The notes: generated by a model not told the origin, from the sequence alone. 63,649 bases of DNA, filler included, from Rhabdomonas costata (GCA_019059605.1; 27 parts of 27 records of this genome joined end to end with filler, not necessarily neighbours in it), one strand, 5' to 3'. Positions 49,172-62,622 are shown, counted from the first letter of the whole stretch. Numbers and translations are program-made.

Positions 49172-51987
49172 GCATTTGCCTGGGAGTGTGAGCGATGTTG
49201 CAGACGAGCGAGATTCAGAGATTGCGCTGCAGAGTATTGTGCATACATTGCACAAGGGAGTGTGCCTATTTCAGATACCGCACCTTATACCCTCCTGTCA
49301 GAGAATCCTTGAGAACCGCTGAACTCCTTTGGGTACCGCACCATTCAGCAGGTCAGTATGCAAGTTGCGGTGTCGCGGACCCCTCTCTTTGCATGTCGTT
49401 ATCACTGATCACCAATCTGGGTGTGGATTCTCTTACTTGTATTCTCTGGTTGGACTCTCATTTTATTTTGGATAGACTGGCCCACTCTGGCAGCACCATG
49501 AAGNNNNNNNNNNNNNNNNNNNNNNNNNNNNNNNNNNNNNNNNNNNNTTAATTAATTAANNNNNNNNNNNNNNNNNNNNNNNNNNNNNNNNNNNNNNNNN
49601 NNNTTTTTGGGTGTATATTCCAGGTGTAGGGATTGGGGGCCCCCGGATGATCTGTCACGTGTCGGCTGCCGTGCGCCTATTTTCGACTGAGAGAACAGGG
49701 AAATGAAGCGATGAAACGAATGGAGAAACCGGGCGGAAGCGGCCTAAGGACAAAACTGCCAACGGAGCTTTGCGATGAAAAGATCTTCCGCCAAAACGGC
49801 AGACCCTTCCATCAACAGCAGTGCGGCCTTCAGGACCCGCTTCCTCCTCATCCGTTTCGTCCGTGTTGGCGCTTGGGTAAATAATGTTGCAAGGTGGAAT
49901 ATGGTTACCGATTCTGCCCGGTGGATCGGGTTTGCGCGGGGAGTCTCTCCAATTGCTTCTCCTCAACAACAGATCCGTAGTCCCATTTGGGGGACCATGA
50001 CGGTTGGCTGCATCACTCTTGATGATGTATCTGTTAGTGTGATCACCATGCGCTCAATGGATGAACCGGACTAAACCAACCCAAAACGGGGAACGAATGT
50101 TAAAAAAGAGTGGGCCAGAAAGGCATTTTTTTGTGGGTAGGGCTGGGTTTCCGAGGGGGGTAGGGTCACAGAAATCGTGGTCACGCGGGTCCGACACAAA
50201 AAACACGGAATTTACAACGGAAAAGGGCCGTAAGTGGGTACGGCGGGGGTACCCCATGGGATTTTCTATGGGTTTCGGCTGTTGAGGGTAGGCGGGGTCG
50301 ATAAAAATTGTCCAACAACGAGCAGAAGAAGCGCAGACGCACCGGGTGAAGAAATAAAAGCGAGAAGAAAGGAGGAAAGTCGGATTTTTGCCAATGGTTT
50401 AGGAATTAAGGATCCCGAAAACCAAAAGATTTGCTGAAAAGTGGTAGAGAATAGACGGTGAATGTGCTAAATGGGAAATTGTTTTCAAAGGAAACGGGCG
50501 CATTGGTGGGAACAAATGGGAAGGCACGAAAGGTGAGCGAACGTCCCGATGTGGAGAAGAGGTGGTAAATCTGACGATGAATGTTGACAGGCCAAGTGTG
50601 AAAACTGAGAAAATCGAAAGAAAATGCAAATGAAAACGAGGAAAATATCAGAGATCTCTCTCGCACAAAACGTGGTGGAACCAAAAACAGGTGTGAACGT
50701 CCGCTGGGGGTGGAACTCTGGTGAACCGCGATATCATTCGGGAAAACCAAGGAGGTCTTACTCTTTATAAAGAAATCCGGAGTCCCGCGTGGGGATGATG
50801 ATGTCAAAGCGGTCATGACTACAGATAGCTACCAAATAGATAGTTGCCTTTGGAGATAATCGGTGTGAACTGGGCGTGTCCAGCCGGCCAAGGAAGCTTG
50901 AAAGATACACGTGTAAAAATGGTGGCCGCCGTTGGGCACGCGTTGGAGTACCGGTGGGATTTACATCCTGGGCCAAGTTGGGCTGCGCAACCCGTATCCG
51001 ATAGAGGGCGTATCAATCGGATTGGCCCGCAGAGTGGTGGCGTGCCGGAAGGCAATGGAACCACTTTCCAACGGAGAAGCGGGAGATGGATTGGACCAAT
51101 CTGCCTAAAACAAAAACTCAAAGGGACAGACATTCAACCAGGACCTCTTTGTTACCGAAAGTGGACAAAAGCAAGTCACCTTTGATTCCCTGTTCGGACC
51201 AGATCACTGCAGCACATCATTGCGGCATACTTCATCTTCCAAAAGAGGCACAAAGTTCACAAGTGCCTTTTGGAAGACCAATAATTTCAAGCAATGGTGG
51301 ACGTCCACTTCAATCGGAAGGGAAGGACAAGCCAGACGATGAAGCAGGTCCTACGCACCGTCGTGTTGGAAAAGAAGCGCCGGAAACATTTTCATCACTG
51401 TTGCAACACATGTGAATGATTTTGAAGTTGTTTTCTTTGTTTTGCCTTTGAGCGTTTGTGACGGAAAATTTCTGTGTGAGAGACATTTAAGTCTCTGCTT
51501 TCTGATTCGTGTTGTTGAAAAAGCGAGCAACGCGCCCAACCCTGACGATTCCATCCAGCCCCGCGGCCACCTCTCATGGGAGCCAAATGTCGTGCAGCCT
51601 TTTTGTCCTTTTTTTTTTTTTTGCAATTTTTAACCGACGCGGCACAGCCACAAGAGTTCGTGAAGAGTGAAACACACGAAGCAAACAATTTAAAAGAAGA
51701 AACGTGAGAGATTTGCAGTGGAAACTAAGCACAAAAGAAACAAAGACTATAAAGCACAAATTACATGTAAATTTGTTAACCGAATTTTTGCTATCTCTGG
51801 GTTTTTTATCTCTGGGTAGCTAACCCTGTCATGAGAGGGTCTGCAAAGCACTCTGAACCTTNNNNNNNNNNNNNNNNNNNNNNNNNNNNNNNNNNNNNNN
51901 NNNNNTTAATTAATTAANNNNNNNNNNNNNNNNNNNNNNNNNNNNNNNNNNNNNNNNNNNNTGTTTTTTGTTTGTTTTTTTGTGCAG

Positions 51988-54191
51988 GGGCTTCGCGAGT
52001 GGTTGGCTTTGCGGCTGGGACGGAGACGACGGAGAGCCACTCGCTGCACCGCGTTCCCACCGGGTATGCGCAGATTGGCCTTTGCCCTTGAGAGGAGATG
52101 GATCTCTGGGCCCGTGTGAAAAGGAGTTTCCATTTCTTTTTCCGCAAAAAGGAAATACGTAGTGAGGTTTGGGGACAAGGCCGGGAAGCCGTTTTCTCTT
52201 GGTTCTCTTGGTGGGGGAGGTGATGGGGATGCGTATCCATTTTCCGGACTTGGACTTGAGAAGTGTGTGGTGCGAAAGGGGAGTGCTGTTTGATTCACCT
52301 TTACAGGTATGTGCATCGCTCGACGGCCGTGGAGGATCAGCAAAACGAGGAGGACAACGAGGAGGTGGCTGACAAGGTCCTCCCGGCCCGTTCCCGTTCC
52401 CGTTTCCATTCCCATTGGTTTGGGATCTCGGGTGGGGTTGGAAGCCCTGCTGAAGCTGCGATTGTGGCCGCGGCTCCTGCCAGGGGGGAAACTTCCTTGG
52501 TGCACAGGCTCGCACTCGTCCCCTCTCAGTTCTCTCGTTTTCTCACGTTTGGGAGGCTGGCAATGCATTTTTTTCTTAGGCCGACTCCAGCGCCACAGCT
52601 CGGCCAGGTGCGGGGCCCTCCCAAATCCTCTCCCATTTTTCTTCTGCCACCCGCGCGCGTGTGGCACAGCAGACGGGGTTGGAGGGGGACCGTGCTTTTT
52701 GCCGTGTGCCTGTCACCGCTGTGCCACTGTTGGGCGGATGTAGAAGCGGGCCGGCATTGGAGCGATGGGGCGATGGAATTGCGTGCTGCTGCACCTCTGC
52801 TTTTCTTTTTCCCTCCCTCAAGTGGCCAATCCCCCTTTTCAGGCTCTGTCTTTTATTTCTGCGTTTTTCCTGCAGCGGGGACGCGGGTAGTGGGGTTTTC
52901 ATCCTCCGCCGTGATGTCCGCCAGCGGGCGTCCGGTCCACCGCATCCCCACGGGGTATGAGCACCCACATGCGCACAGACACAGACACAGACGCGGAACG
53001 TTTGTAAAGGGACGAGAGAAACCAGCTGTTGAGACAGTGGGGCGGGGAGGTCTGCGGCAGTCGATGTGCCCACTGCCTTCCACGCCAGCAAAACCTCCAA
53101 AGACCTGAGAAGCCCCTCCGCCCCACAAAAAGGGGTCCTTGCCAAGCAGCTGCAAATCGAAGCATTCCGGCCCACCCCAGTTCCAAGTTGAAGCGCTCCT
53201 GGGCCGTACCCTTAGCTCTACCTTAGCTGTGCGGAGCAGCTCCGAAATCGAGTTCCTCAAAAAGGCCTGCAATGGAAGGTTCAAAATGTAGCGTCCCAGT
53301 ATGTACGACCACTAACGGGCCCGTCCAGCTCATTGTGGTACCCACGCCAGGATCTGTTTTTCGGCTTCGGTCCGGCTCTGGTCCCGGGCGATGCTGCCCC
53401 ACTCCTCTTCTCCTGCCTTTCGGCTTCCTGCGGCTGTGCATGTGCCCATTGCCTAGGCTTTGATTTGCAGGATCTTCCCTCATTTTCTTCTGTGGGGTGT
53501 TTTTCTTGGCTTAGGTTTGTGCGAAGTGGCGTCTCGTCGGGGGCGGACGATGCCGAGGTGGGACTTTTATCCCTTCCTACGCGCGGCTAATGGAGCTTTG
53601 CATTGTTGTGAAAAGATTGAGCAAGGGAAAACCAGAATCCTACGCTGTAGCGGACTAGCGAGCGAAGTGAGGGTGTGGGGGAAGCATATGCTGCGAATGA
53701 AGAAGCAGCTCGGGGAACGGAAGAAGCATCAAACGCAACGCAGGCGGCATCACCAGTGCACCTTTTTCGGATTCTTCACAGGCCGCCTCTGGGAGTTCGT
53801 CAAGGCCGGCAGGTAGGCAACGTTTGTGTGTTTGTGTGGGTGCGGGAAGGGGGGGGCGGGTGTTGGGCTGGTGTGGAGAGGCGCGGAGGAGGGTGGTGGG
53901 CGAATGGGCCGCACCACCGTCGTCTCAGGTGAGGTTGCCTCCAAGATGCAGTTGGGCGAGCAGCCTGGGAGAGACGCGGTTTTCGGGGATGGAGGGGTTC
54001 GGTGGTGCGAGATGGCGCATGGAGGAGGACCAGCCTTTATCCTGCTGCCCCCTCCCCATGCCTTTCGGTTTGTGTGGTAAGCAATGAGGCTTTGGACTTC
54101 GTGGTGTATGTCTGTGTGTGCGCGTGTTCGTGTTTGTTTATTTTTTTTGTTTGTTTTTTTGTGCAGGGGCTTCGCGAGTGGTTGGCTTTGC
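51988..54191 (+). CDS. Exon-repeat protein with RVVGF...HR(V/I)PTGY motif, function unknown
   Basis: Exons at ~51988-52063 (ASRVVGFAAGTETTESHSLHRVPTG|Y) and ~52876-52954 (AGTRVVGFSSSAVMSASGRPVHRIPTG|Y) both end at a GTATG donor. The first acceptor and exon start recur at 54143-54191. Confidence 0.55.
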
Positions 54192-54415
54192 ACAAAAAAA
54201 CAAACAAACAAAAACAACANNNNNNNNNNNNNNNNNNNNNNNNNNNNNNNNNNNNNNNNNNNNTTAATTAATTAANNNNNNNNNNNNNNNNNNNNNNNNN
54301 NNNNNNNNNNNNNNNNNNNTTTTTGAATCGTTCGGTTTCGTTTCGTTGTTCGGGGTTAAAAAAATTTGCTATGGAGAAGAAACCAAATAAGACGCAAGTA
54401 GGAGATAGGCGATGC

Positions 54416-56078
54416 CTTCTTGCGGTTCTGGATGTTGTTTCCAAAGAGCACCACGCGGCGGAGGTAAGGGTACTCGCACAGGGTGTACAGGTCCTCGAAG
54501 AACTCAATCCGGTTGTGGGCAAGCCCCAGCACCTCCAGGCTGGCGAAGCCCTTCGCGCCGCTGCTTGGGTTGGGCCGCAGGCGGGGCACCCGCTTCAGGA
54601 AATTGTGGTTGAGGTTAACCTGTGACACCCACGCATGTGTTTGAAGATGATTTCCGACTCTTAAAAATGCTTAAACGTGCTTAAACATCAGTTTCCTGTC
54701 CCGCTGCTTTTGCCCGCGCCCCCATCAACCTCCTGTTAGTCTCTTCCCTTTACTTCCAATCCTCACACTTTGCCAAGCACCTCGCTTAGCTTGGCAATTA
54801 TCCAATTCTCTTCGGTGTATTCCTTGTCCCCACGGCGTCATCACCTACCCTTTACAGTATCAGTCCGTGTGGATAGTACTGTTCTTCTTGTGACGACCAC
54901 CCCTTATTCTTTTTAGTGCCTCTCTTTTTCCGTGAGGGTTGCTGATGTGCTTTGTGAGATGTCGATGTCCGTTTTTGTGTTGGGCGGGGGGGGGGAGGAA
55001 TTCCATCAATGTGCGGGTTCATGATTCAAAAATGCAAAATTCCCTGCCGTTATTAAGGCAAAAAGGCCTCAATAAGCCCCGAAAACGGCCCGAAAAAGGT
55101 CTACATAGAAGCTACAACTACAAACCGAAGCAATGGCTCTACGCTTTTGCAAAGCGGCCCAGGAGGAGCTCCCAGCGCTGAAAACGTTCAAAAGTGCTCA
55201 CCCAGGAAGCAACACGTTTGGATATGTCAGTTGTCAGAAGTCTGTTTGTGTCGATATGACAGTAAAAACCTCTCAGGAAGTTGATGACAATGTTGCTTAA
55301 GGGAAGGAGGGGTGCGCCGGCGAGCGCGGCACCTCCATGAGGCGGGGCAGAGTTGAAAGAGAGTGTAACGCCGCGTCCGAGCGCATCTGGTTGCCCTCCA
55401 AGGCGAGCTGAGAGAGGTTGGCCAGCCCGCTGAGGTCCTCGGGAAGGGTCTCGATGCGGTTCCCACTGAGGTCTAGCCGCAGCAAATTCGGGAGCTCAAT
55501 CAGCGCATCAAAGACATCCCCTAAACAAAAAAATTCACAGAAAAGCTCGGTCTCCACACTGCGATTCCCTCACCGGGGGTCAGCTTTACCCCCCGTGCCC
55601 CAGTCCTACAGAGCTTCGCAGAAGAGATAACCAAAAGCACTGCGAGCATCCAGACACCATCCATTGAACGTGAAACGCAACCACCCGATGTGTCCCACAC
55701 ACAAGGAATGATGGAATAATCTCCTCATTGTCCAATCGAGGCACCCAGGCGGTATCCCCCCGCAAAGCAGAAGTTTTCGAAGAAAACTGTGTGGAGGGGG
55801 GGAAGTGGAGAAGAGTGGTGAGAGGACAAAATCAGAAACAAGGGCACTGGGGATGAACAAAAACACACACTCGTACATGTCCACACGCCCTCTGTCTTGC
55901 CAGTGCAGGGTATTCGCCTCTCTGTTGGAGTTGTGCAGGGTCAGTATTTTGGGGCTCGGCACCAGTTTCCAATTCTTGCGCGGCGCGGTCGTGCAGTGTC
56001 AAACGCGAAAAGAAAAGAAATGAAGCAGGAGGCCGCACATGCCTTCGGTGCCTGTGGTGGAACCTGGGCCGCGGGTTG

Positions 56079-56109
<31 letters not shown>

Positions 56110-56269
56110 TGAGATGGACCGTAGTGTAGGTGGGGGTTGCACACCCGTTCCACGGCCTGCGCCGTAGCGCGGAGGGAGTCATGCATGGGGCCCTCGGCAC
56201 AGAACTGCGCAGGGCGGCCCCAGTACTCCCGCAGCGGAGGCTGCCCCGCCCCGGGTCCAGACAGCGCAC
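54416..56269 (-). CDS. Leucine-rich-repeat protein (XRRA1-like) with a poly-Q tract; 5' exon structure uncertain
   Basis: LPNLLRLDLSGNRIETLPEDLSGLANLSQLALEGNQM...LPRLME|VNLNHNFL...FASLEVLGLAHNRI...LRRVVLFGNNI; CAG/CAA run at ~56076-56111. Confidence 0.8.
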
Positions 56270-58342
56270 CTTAGGAAAGTGTGAGCGTGAACAATTTCTG
56301 GCACTGTGTAGGACATATTTTCTGCTTCCATCTTGACAATTGAACTCCACTGTTTGTGTTAGCTCTGTTTGCAAGGCCGTCACGTCGTACGTCCTCCATC
56401 TGCCCCACCCACCTACCCACAGAAAATTCCAATACTTAAACTCCCATTGCCCTGAATACCACTATCAACCTGTTTCCCGCGACTCACCTGCAACGGCACA
56501 GACAGGGAAAACAATTCAGTCCAGATCCCAACTAGCTAAAATTGCACCGTAAAATTCCCTGTCTTGTGCAAAAAACACCNNNNNNNNNNNNNNNNNNNNN
56601 NNNNNNNNNNNNNNNNNNNNNNNTTAATTAATTAANNNNNNNNNNNNNNNNNNNNNNNNNNNNNNNNNNNNNNNNNNNNAAACGGATATTAGACCGGCTC
56701 AGCGCACGCCATCTGTCGTGCTTCCGAGAAGTGAATACTGTGTTTTTTAGTAGCGAAAAAATTAGAGATCAGAAGAGAAATCAATTTACCAAACCACTTT
56801 GCAACCCCCCCCCCGGGCCATTTCCCGCGAACGCGGCAGCACCCGTGATTATCTATGCGTGTGTTGTGTGCGTACGCTGGCGGCGTGCTGGAGGCGTGTG
56901 GCTTAAGGCTCCCAACACGGCGCTGGAGCCTTGGAGAAGGTCATCTTTTTTTGCCACAAAATTCCGCGGAAAAACCACTCAGATCCGCACGCGAAAATAT
57001 CACAGGCGAAAGCGGAACTGTAATGGACCCAAACTACCAAATCGAGCACCTGAAAGCCCCCGTACGTGCAAAGCCCCCGTCCACACCTTAGTACTCTTAG
57101 CGCTCCGATGGCAGGCATTTGTGATGTGCTCCAACACATCACCTAGGATATGCATTCTCGATCCATCTGTTTGCAGGCGCTGATGGCACACATGGTTCGA
57201 TTAGGATCAGAGTAATTCAGAAAAGAGTATCATGCTGTGCACACGATCGGGGGATGGACAAGGGGTGGATATCCGAAACTAATCCGTAATTCTGAAGCGC
57301 TGCGCTGACCCCAGACCAGCTCTCCCTGTCATCTTCTGAAAAGTCAAGTAGAGACTCAGGCTGCGCGTATTGGGTGTTCCTGATGGTCCGGTGTGTCCGT
57401 TAGGGTCAGCATTCGTTATGCACCAGTCACATCCCACTCGCGATACCAAAAAAAAGCAAAGTCCTTAATCTTTGTCCCCCCCCCCAGGACGCCTGCTCAT
57501 CCTTTCCAATTCCCTTAATTCCCTCCGTGTCATCACTTCCCTTCCTCGTTTGAGATTCCGCAGCGTGCGAGGATGAGCCTAGGGTGTCCCATCCGAGGTG
57601 AACACAAAAACTTGCTTTTTACATTCCACACAGTGCACCACACGCTCATAATTATTGCTTTTTGGTTTTTTCTTTCCAGCGCTGGAGTCCGGTGTACTGT
57701 GCCCCCTCCCATATTTGCAGTGATCTGCTCTGTTTTCTCTACTTTTTCGTTGTTGTGCGCCCCCCATTTGTACCTGAACCTGTTCCTGGCCAGGTTTTCA
57801 AACAAAAAGCCGGCCTTGTGACTTCGCCCAATTTCGGCCTTCCCCTTTTCCCTAGAAAAAATCCCAAACGAACCCCTTCACTTTATACCAACCTCACCCC
57901 TCGCACCGCAACTTGTAACCAACAGCCGTGCGGGAGACTCCGATCTCGCAGTGCTTTGAGCGGGGCGAAGGAAAATGGAAGCCTTGCAGTACTCCTTGGA
58001 GGCGCTGGAGGTGCTGTTTAATGCCGGGCTGCTCACCAGCTCTCTTCTGCTATCTGGTGCAGCAGAGAGCATTTGGCAGTTTCGAAAAGATGTTGATCGA
58101 TTGTAAGCAGCGGTTTCTCCGGTTGGAGGTGATGTATCCTGTTTATAATGATAATGACGACTTATGCGAAGTCGCGTGCCTCGTGGCGGCAGTCGACGTG
58201 CGGTTGGTTTGGTGAGGTTGGGTGAGGTCTGCTTAGTTTTCTGCGGGTCACTGACGTCCATGTTCCATGTGACTGTGCAAAATTTTGTAAGGCATAGGTG
58301 CACTAGACGGGCCCAAAGGCACAGAAGAGAGCACAGCCAAAG

Positions 58343-58900
58343 TCAAGGGAAGTAACCGTCCTTGATACACTGTAGCAGTGAAAAGAACACGTCAGCATCG
58401 TTGGGGAGGTTCCTGCGCCATTGGAATTCCTTGACGTTCTCCTCCAAAAGGGCTTCAAGGACTCCTCCCCTAGCCCTGAGGAAAGTCTTGAGCCTGCCCC
58501 AAGTCCCGTCTATACCTTGAGTGGACACCACCCGTAACCCAAAGGCGTTCACGACGCACATATTCCCCCGAGGAGTGGTCGACCGAAGACCAGATAATAC
58601 CGAGCTCTTTGCAAAGAGACTCGAGCGCCATCGGTGTAGAGGATCGAGGATGGATTGACTTTCTCAATCAGTGGGCGGACATTGGCGACGTTTGGAGGCC
58701 CGAAGCTCTCGTCGGAGTCCTTCTTGAGCTTTTCGAAAGGCTCAATGAAGAGTCTGCTTGTGCCCCTCTCAAACAGGCCTCTGAAGTCCCCCGTAATCTC
58801 AGTATCATGTCCATGTAGCCCCTCTCTTCCTCCCAATTTCGCACTCATCAGCCTCCACCTCGATGTCCTTTCCTCCTAAAGGGACAGTTTCACCATTAGC
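58343..58900 (-). mobile_element. Merlin / IS1595-like transposase, frameshifted
   Basis: LGGKDIEVEADE, GLFER, ILYTDG, VDHSSGEYV, STQGIDGTWGRLK...EFQWRRN across about 3 frameshifts. Confidence 0.87.
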
Positions 58901-61612
58901 CTCCGAGCGCATCACGCAAATCCCAAACCCCNNNNNNNNNNNNNNNNNNNNNNNNNNNNNNNNNNNNNNNNNNNNTTAATTAATTAANNNNNNNNNNNNN
59001 NNNNNNNNNNNNNNNNNNNNNNNNNNNNNNNTGTGGTGGGTGTGGTTGGTTTTTTGGGTTTTAGAGGCTAAGAACCGTCCATATCACGATAGTAGCACTA
59101 ACATCACAAGAGATGGCGCGCTCTGTCGCTGCCGCTGCAGCGACGGCAGAACAAGGAAGGGCCTTCAGACAAGTGTGTTCACCTGAAATTCTCACATTGC
59201 AGATGTCGTGTTGTGGAGAGGGGGGCAGGGAAGAATGAGGTACACTGAGCAGAGCAACAACGACTTTCAAAACGCACTCCCAGGGACGGTTCAACGCGGC
59301 ACCGTTACCACGGCCCAAGTAGTTGTGAGTTTCCTCCTATAGAGCACCGAAAAGCTACTTCCACCGGGCCGTGATAGCGTGGCATAATACAAGTGAAGTA
59401 TTCATGCTGCAGAAAACCGCACTCCGCACTTCACACGATAGCGTGAAAACCAAAAGCCTTTGTGTGCAGCAAGTTTGCCCTGTCTCCCCCGTCGCTTCGC
59501 GACGTAGTTGCACAGGCTGCAGGAACGCCAGAGGCGAATGCACTGTCAAACAATGGGAGAGGCCAAAGCATCACAGACCACGACCAACCATTTTCGATCC
59601 CCGATCCTCAAATTTCATGGGTTTCATTGCTAAACCACATTCGAGCGGTACGGGGGGAGGGGTCGATCGATCTGGTACTTTGGGGAACTTCTGAGATGGG
59701 CTCTGTAATCTCCCCTTCATTCCCCCCAGCTCAACTTCGTAGCAGAAAGGCGAAACAGTACACAAAAACGTTCCCGCGTTCGCTGTGACACCGCCAGCAC
59801 CGCTCTTGAGCTCCATTCCAAAAAGCCGCGAGAAGGAAGCCGCGCATTTCCAATAGCTGCTGAAGGTACTTTCGCAGAAGGCACAGGCACACAGGAAAGA
59901 ACATCAACAAGGACACACGGAGACGAAAGTAACACGCACCAATGCATTTTTTTGTTTCAGAGCACAATCAAAAGCGGAACCCAGATCCCAGAAGGTCGAG
60001 CACGGTCGAAAAAGAATGCAATGCAAGCGTTGGCGGGGCAAGAGAACGAATGATACGCTTTTGAACTTTGCGACGTTCGGGTAAACAGCACAAGGATTCA
60101 AAAGGACAACTTTGTCAATGCTTTTGCGATTTCACCTTCCACGTATTTTCCTGCCTCACCAGTTACATCTGACCTTCAAGACTCTTTACGGATATTTTGC
60201 TGTTCATAAGGACCAATTACAGACCACTGCCACCGTCCAAAGCCAAAACCAGAACGGAGCCGGCTGGTGCAGCATGGCATGCTGCAGCACGGAGCCCTCG
60301 CAAGCCCTTCAAATGCCCCATTTCGCCTCCTCCTCCCCGTCAACTGGAACGCTGACATTGGGGGTGCCTGGGGTCCACAGAAAGTGCCCCACTCGCATAT
60401 GGTTAAACTAGGATCGCGCTAGTGGGCGCTTGCACACAGTTCCTATGTTAGAAGGAGAGGGGGCTTTTCAGACTGTCAGGAGCTCCGCTTTGCGAGACCT
60501 TCGATCTCCGCCCCCCGAGATATGAACTTTGCGCAAAAAGTTAAAGTTGAGAGAAAGGCACTGAGGACGGAATCAATGTGTGTGTGTGTGTGTGTCTGTG
60601 GTGATACACACGGTACAAGTTGCTCGCCGGGGCGGCACTGCCCACCGGGATACGCGCCAGGCACTCTGGCACGTCAGTGTTTTTTCCGACTCGCTTGTGG
60701 CGGCTTCCGAGAGTCAATTCTCCCACAGCGCACACATACCTGCCAACTGAACGCCAGTGCAGCGAGCCACGACGCTGAGCTTCTGGCCCTCCGCAAAGAA
60801 AAAAGGAAGAAGGCCCTCAAATACTAGAAAGTGAGTGTGTAACTGAGCGAATGAGCGAGCGAGGAGGAAGACACGCTGGAAAGCAAAAGTGGTGTGTTTG
60901 CGTGTGAGCATAGGTGCGGAATAGCACTGCCTGGGGGTTTAGAGGCACACCAGCGCCTCTCCGACCCCCATTTTTGGTGAGGAAATTTCATGGCCAACTT
61001 CTGGATGCTGCATCTCTCCCCCATCCCTCCCCTGCATCCGCCATCCATCGATTGGACCACTGCATGCTTCCATGCCAACACCGCTCACAACGGTGAGCTT
61101 CGGGCCCTCCACCCAAAAATAAAATCAAAAAGGAAGAGGAGAGAGCGGTAGAAGACACGCAAAATGAAAAAGAAGGGAGGTGCTCGCTGCTTACCTCCGA
61201 CACTGCGACAGAAACCTATGACATGCAAGACAACCACACCCAGCACACGGACACCACCCCTCCTAGCCTCTGCTCTTCTCCACCCCACACNNNNNNNNNN
61301 NNNNNNNNNNNNNNNNNNNNNNNNNNNNNNNNNNTTAATTAATTAANNNNNNNNNNNNNNNNNNNNNNNNNNNNNNNNNNNNNNNNNNNNTGTGGGTGGG
61401 TTTCCCATCAACTGCGGTGACGGCGTGCCGTGCATTTTTTCCCCTCCCAAATACGGTAGGGTTTTGTGTTGAAGATTTGAATGAGGTTGTGAAAATAGAT
61501 AGGAATCCGCGGCTGACGTGGTCGGAAAGGAATTGCAACAGTGCCTTGGGAATGACGGATGCTGTTGTTTTCAGTCCAATGACTGCGTATATGTGTATGG
61601 GTGTCTGCGTAG

Positions 61613-62622
61613 GACCGGACGTACGCCGGGGGAGAGATTGTGGTGGACAGCCTGGAGGGTGCCACCGTACTGAACCCGGAGTACTACAGCCGAGTGGAGC
61701 GGGTGCCCGGGAACTCCCGCCTGCGAGTCCGGGTACGCCCGGGTTGGATTGGATGGCTGCACTCCCGTGAATTTTAGATGCTTTGCCAGAATTAAGTCAA
61801 CCTGAGTACAGTGAATTTTCTGCAAAAGGACGTTGTGGTTGGAACGTACTGCTGACCTGCAGGAGCGATTCCATACTGTACTGCCTCCTGCAATTTTATC
61901 GCACGGGCCTTGAGAGTAGGAGCACGTCGTTCAACCGGTTACCGTGCTTCTGATCATAACTACGCTGACCGTTTGTGGTTGTGATCAACCAACTGATATT
62001 GCTGTGGGACACCGGGATTTCACCCACTGTGTCAAAACGCGAACACTTTTTTGACTGTAGACAGCTTTTCGAGAGAAAAGTGGACCTCCAGGATCTAATC
62101 ACCCATCCGGATAGTTACGTATACAAAGTAGGGTTCGCAAGAAACTTTTGGAAATGCGGTCTTGACCCCAAGGGCCATGTGCATACATTATGAATGCTCC
62201 AAAAACTAGGGTGGAAGCGCAGCAAAAAGTAAAATGAGGCATTTCGACTTGGTTTTATGCCATGGATTTCCTTCCCTGTAAAGTCACCGCTGTTGGAAAC
62301 CTTTACAAGCGAGGATTATTGATTATTTTTTGGGTGGGTGAGATATACCAATCCATGGCGATATTTTTTCCGTTACTAACCGATGCTCCACCAATTATTG
62401 CTGGCTTTCCGTAGCCAACCGTAGCCAAGCGTTATGTTTTACCCAGGAAGCTTTTTAGCGGTTAACTTGAACTGCGCTTACCATCAGTGTTTTGCTGTCA
62501 GCTGTCAGCTGTTAGGTGTTAGCCGTTGGCGGTTGGCCGTTAAAGTGCACTCTCTGTCCTCTCTCCTCAGGTGGTCTCCGCGGTGCCAGATATTTGCCCG
62601 AATGCACTAATGTTTGGCCACA
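61613..62622 (+). CDS. Two exons of an unidentified protein
   Basis: DRTYAGGEIVVDSLEGATVLNPEYYSRVERVPGNSRLRVR|VVSAVPDICPNALMFGH; GC-rich, AG/GT-flanked, phase-compatible. Confidence 0.45.

Noticed and set aside
50800..51150. Possible second DIRS-like RT remnant (VPVGF...RWIG)
   Set aside because: Motifs are too degenerate and no YxDD is found.
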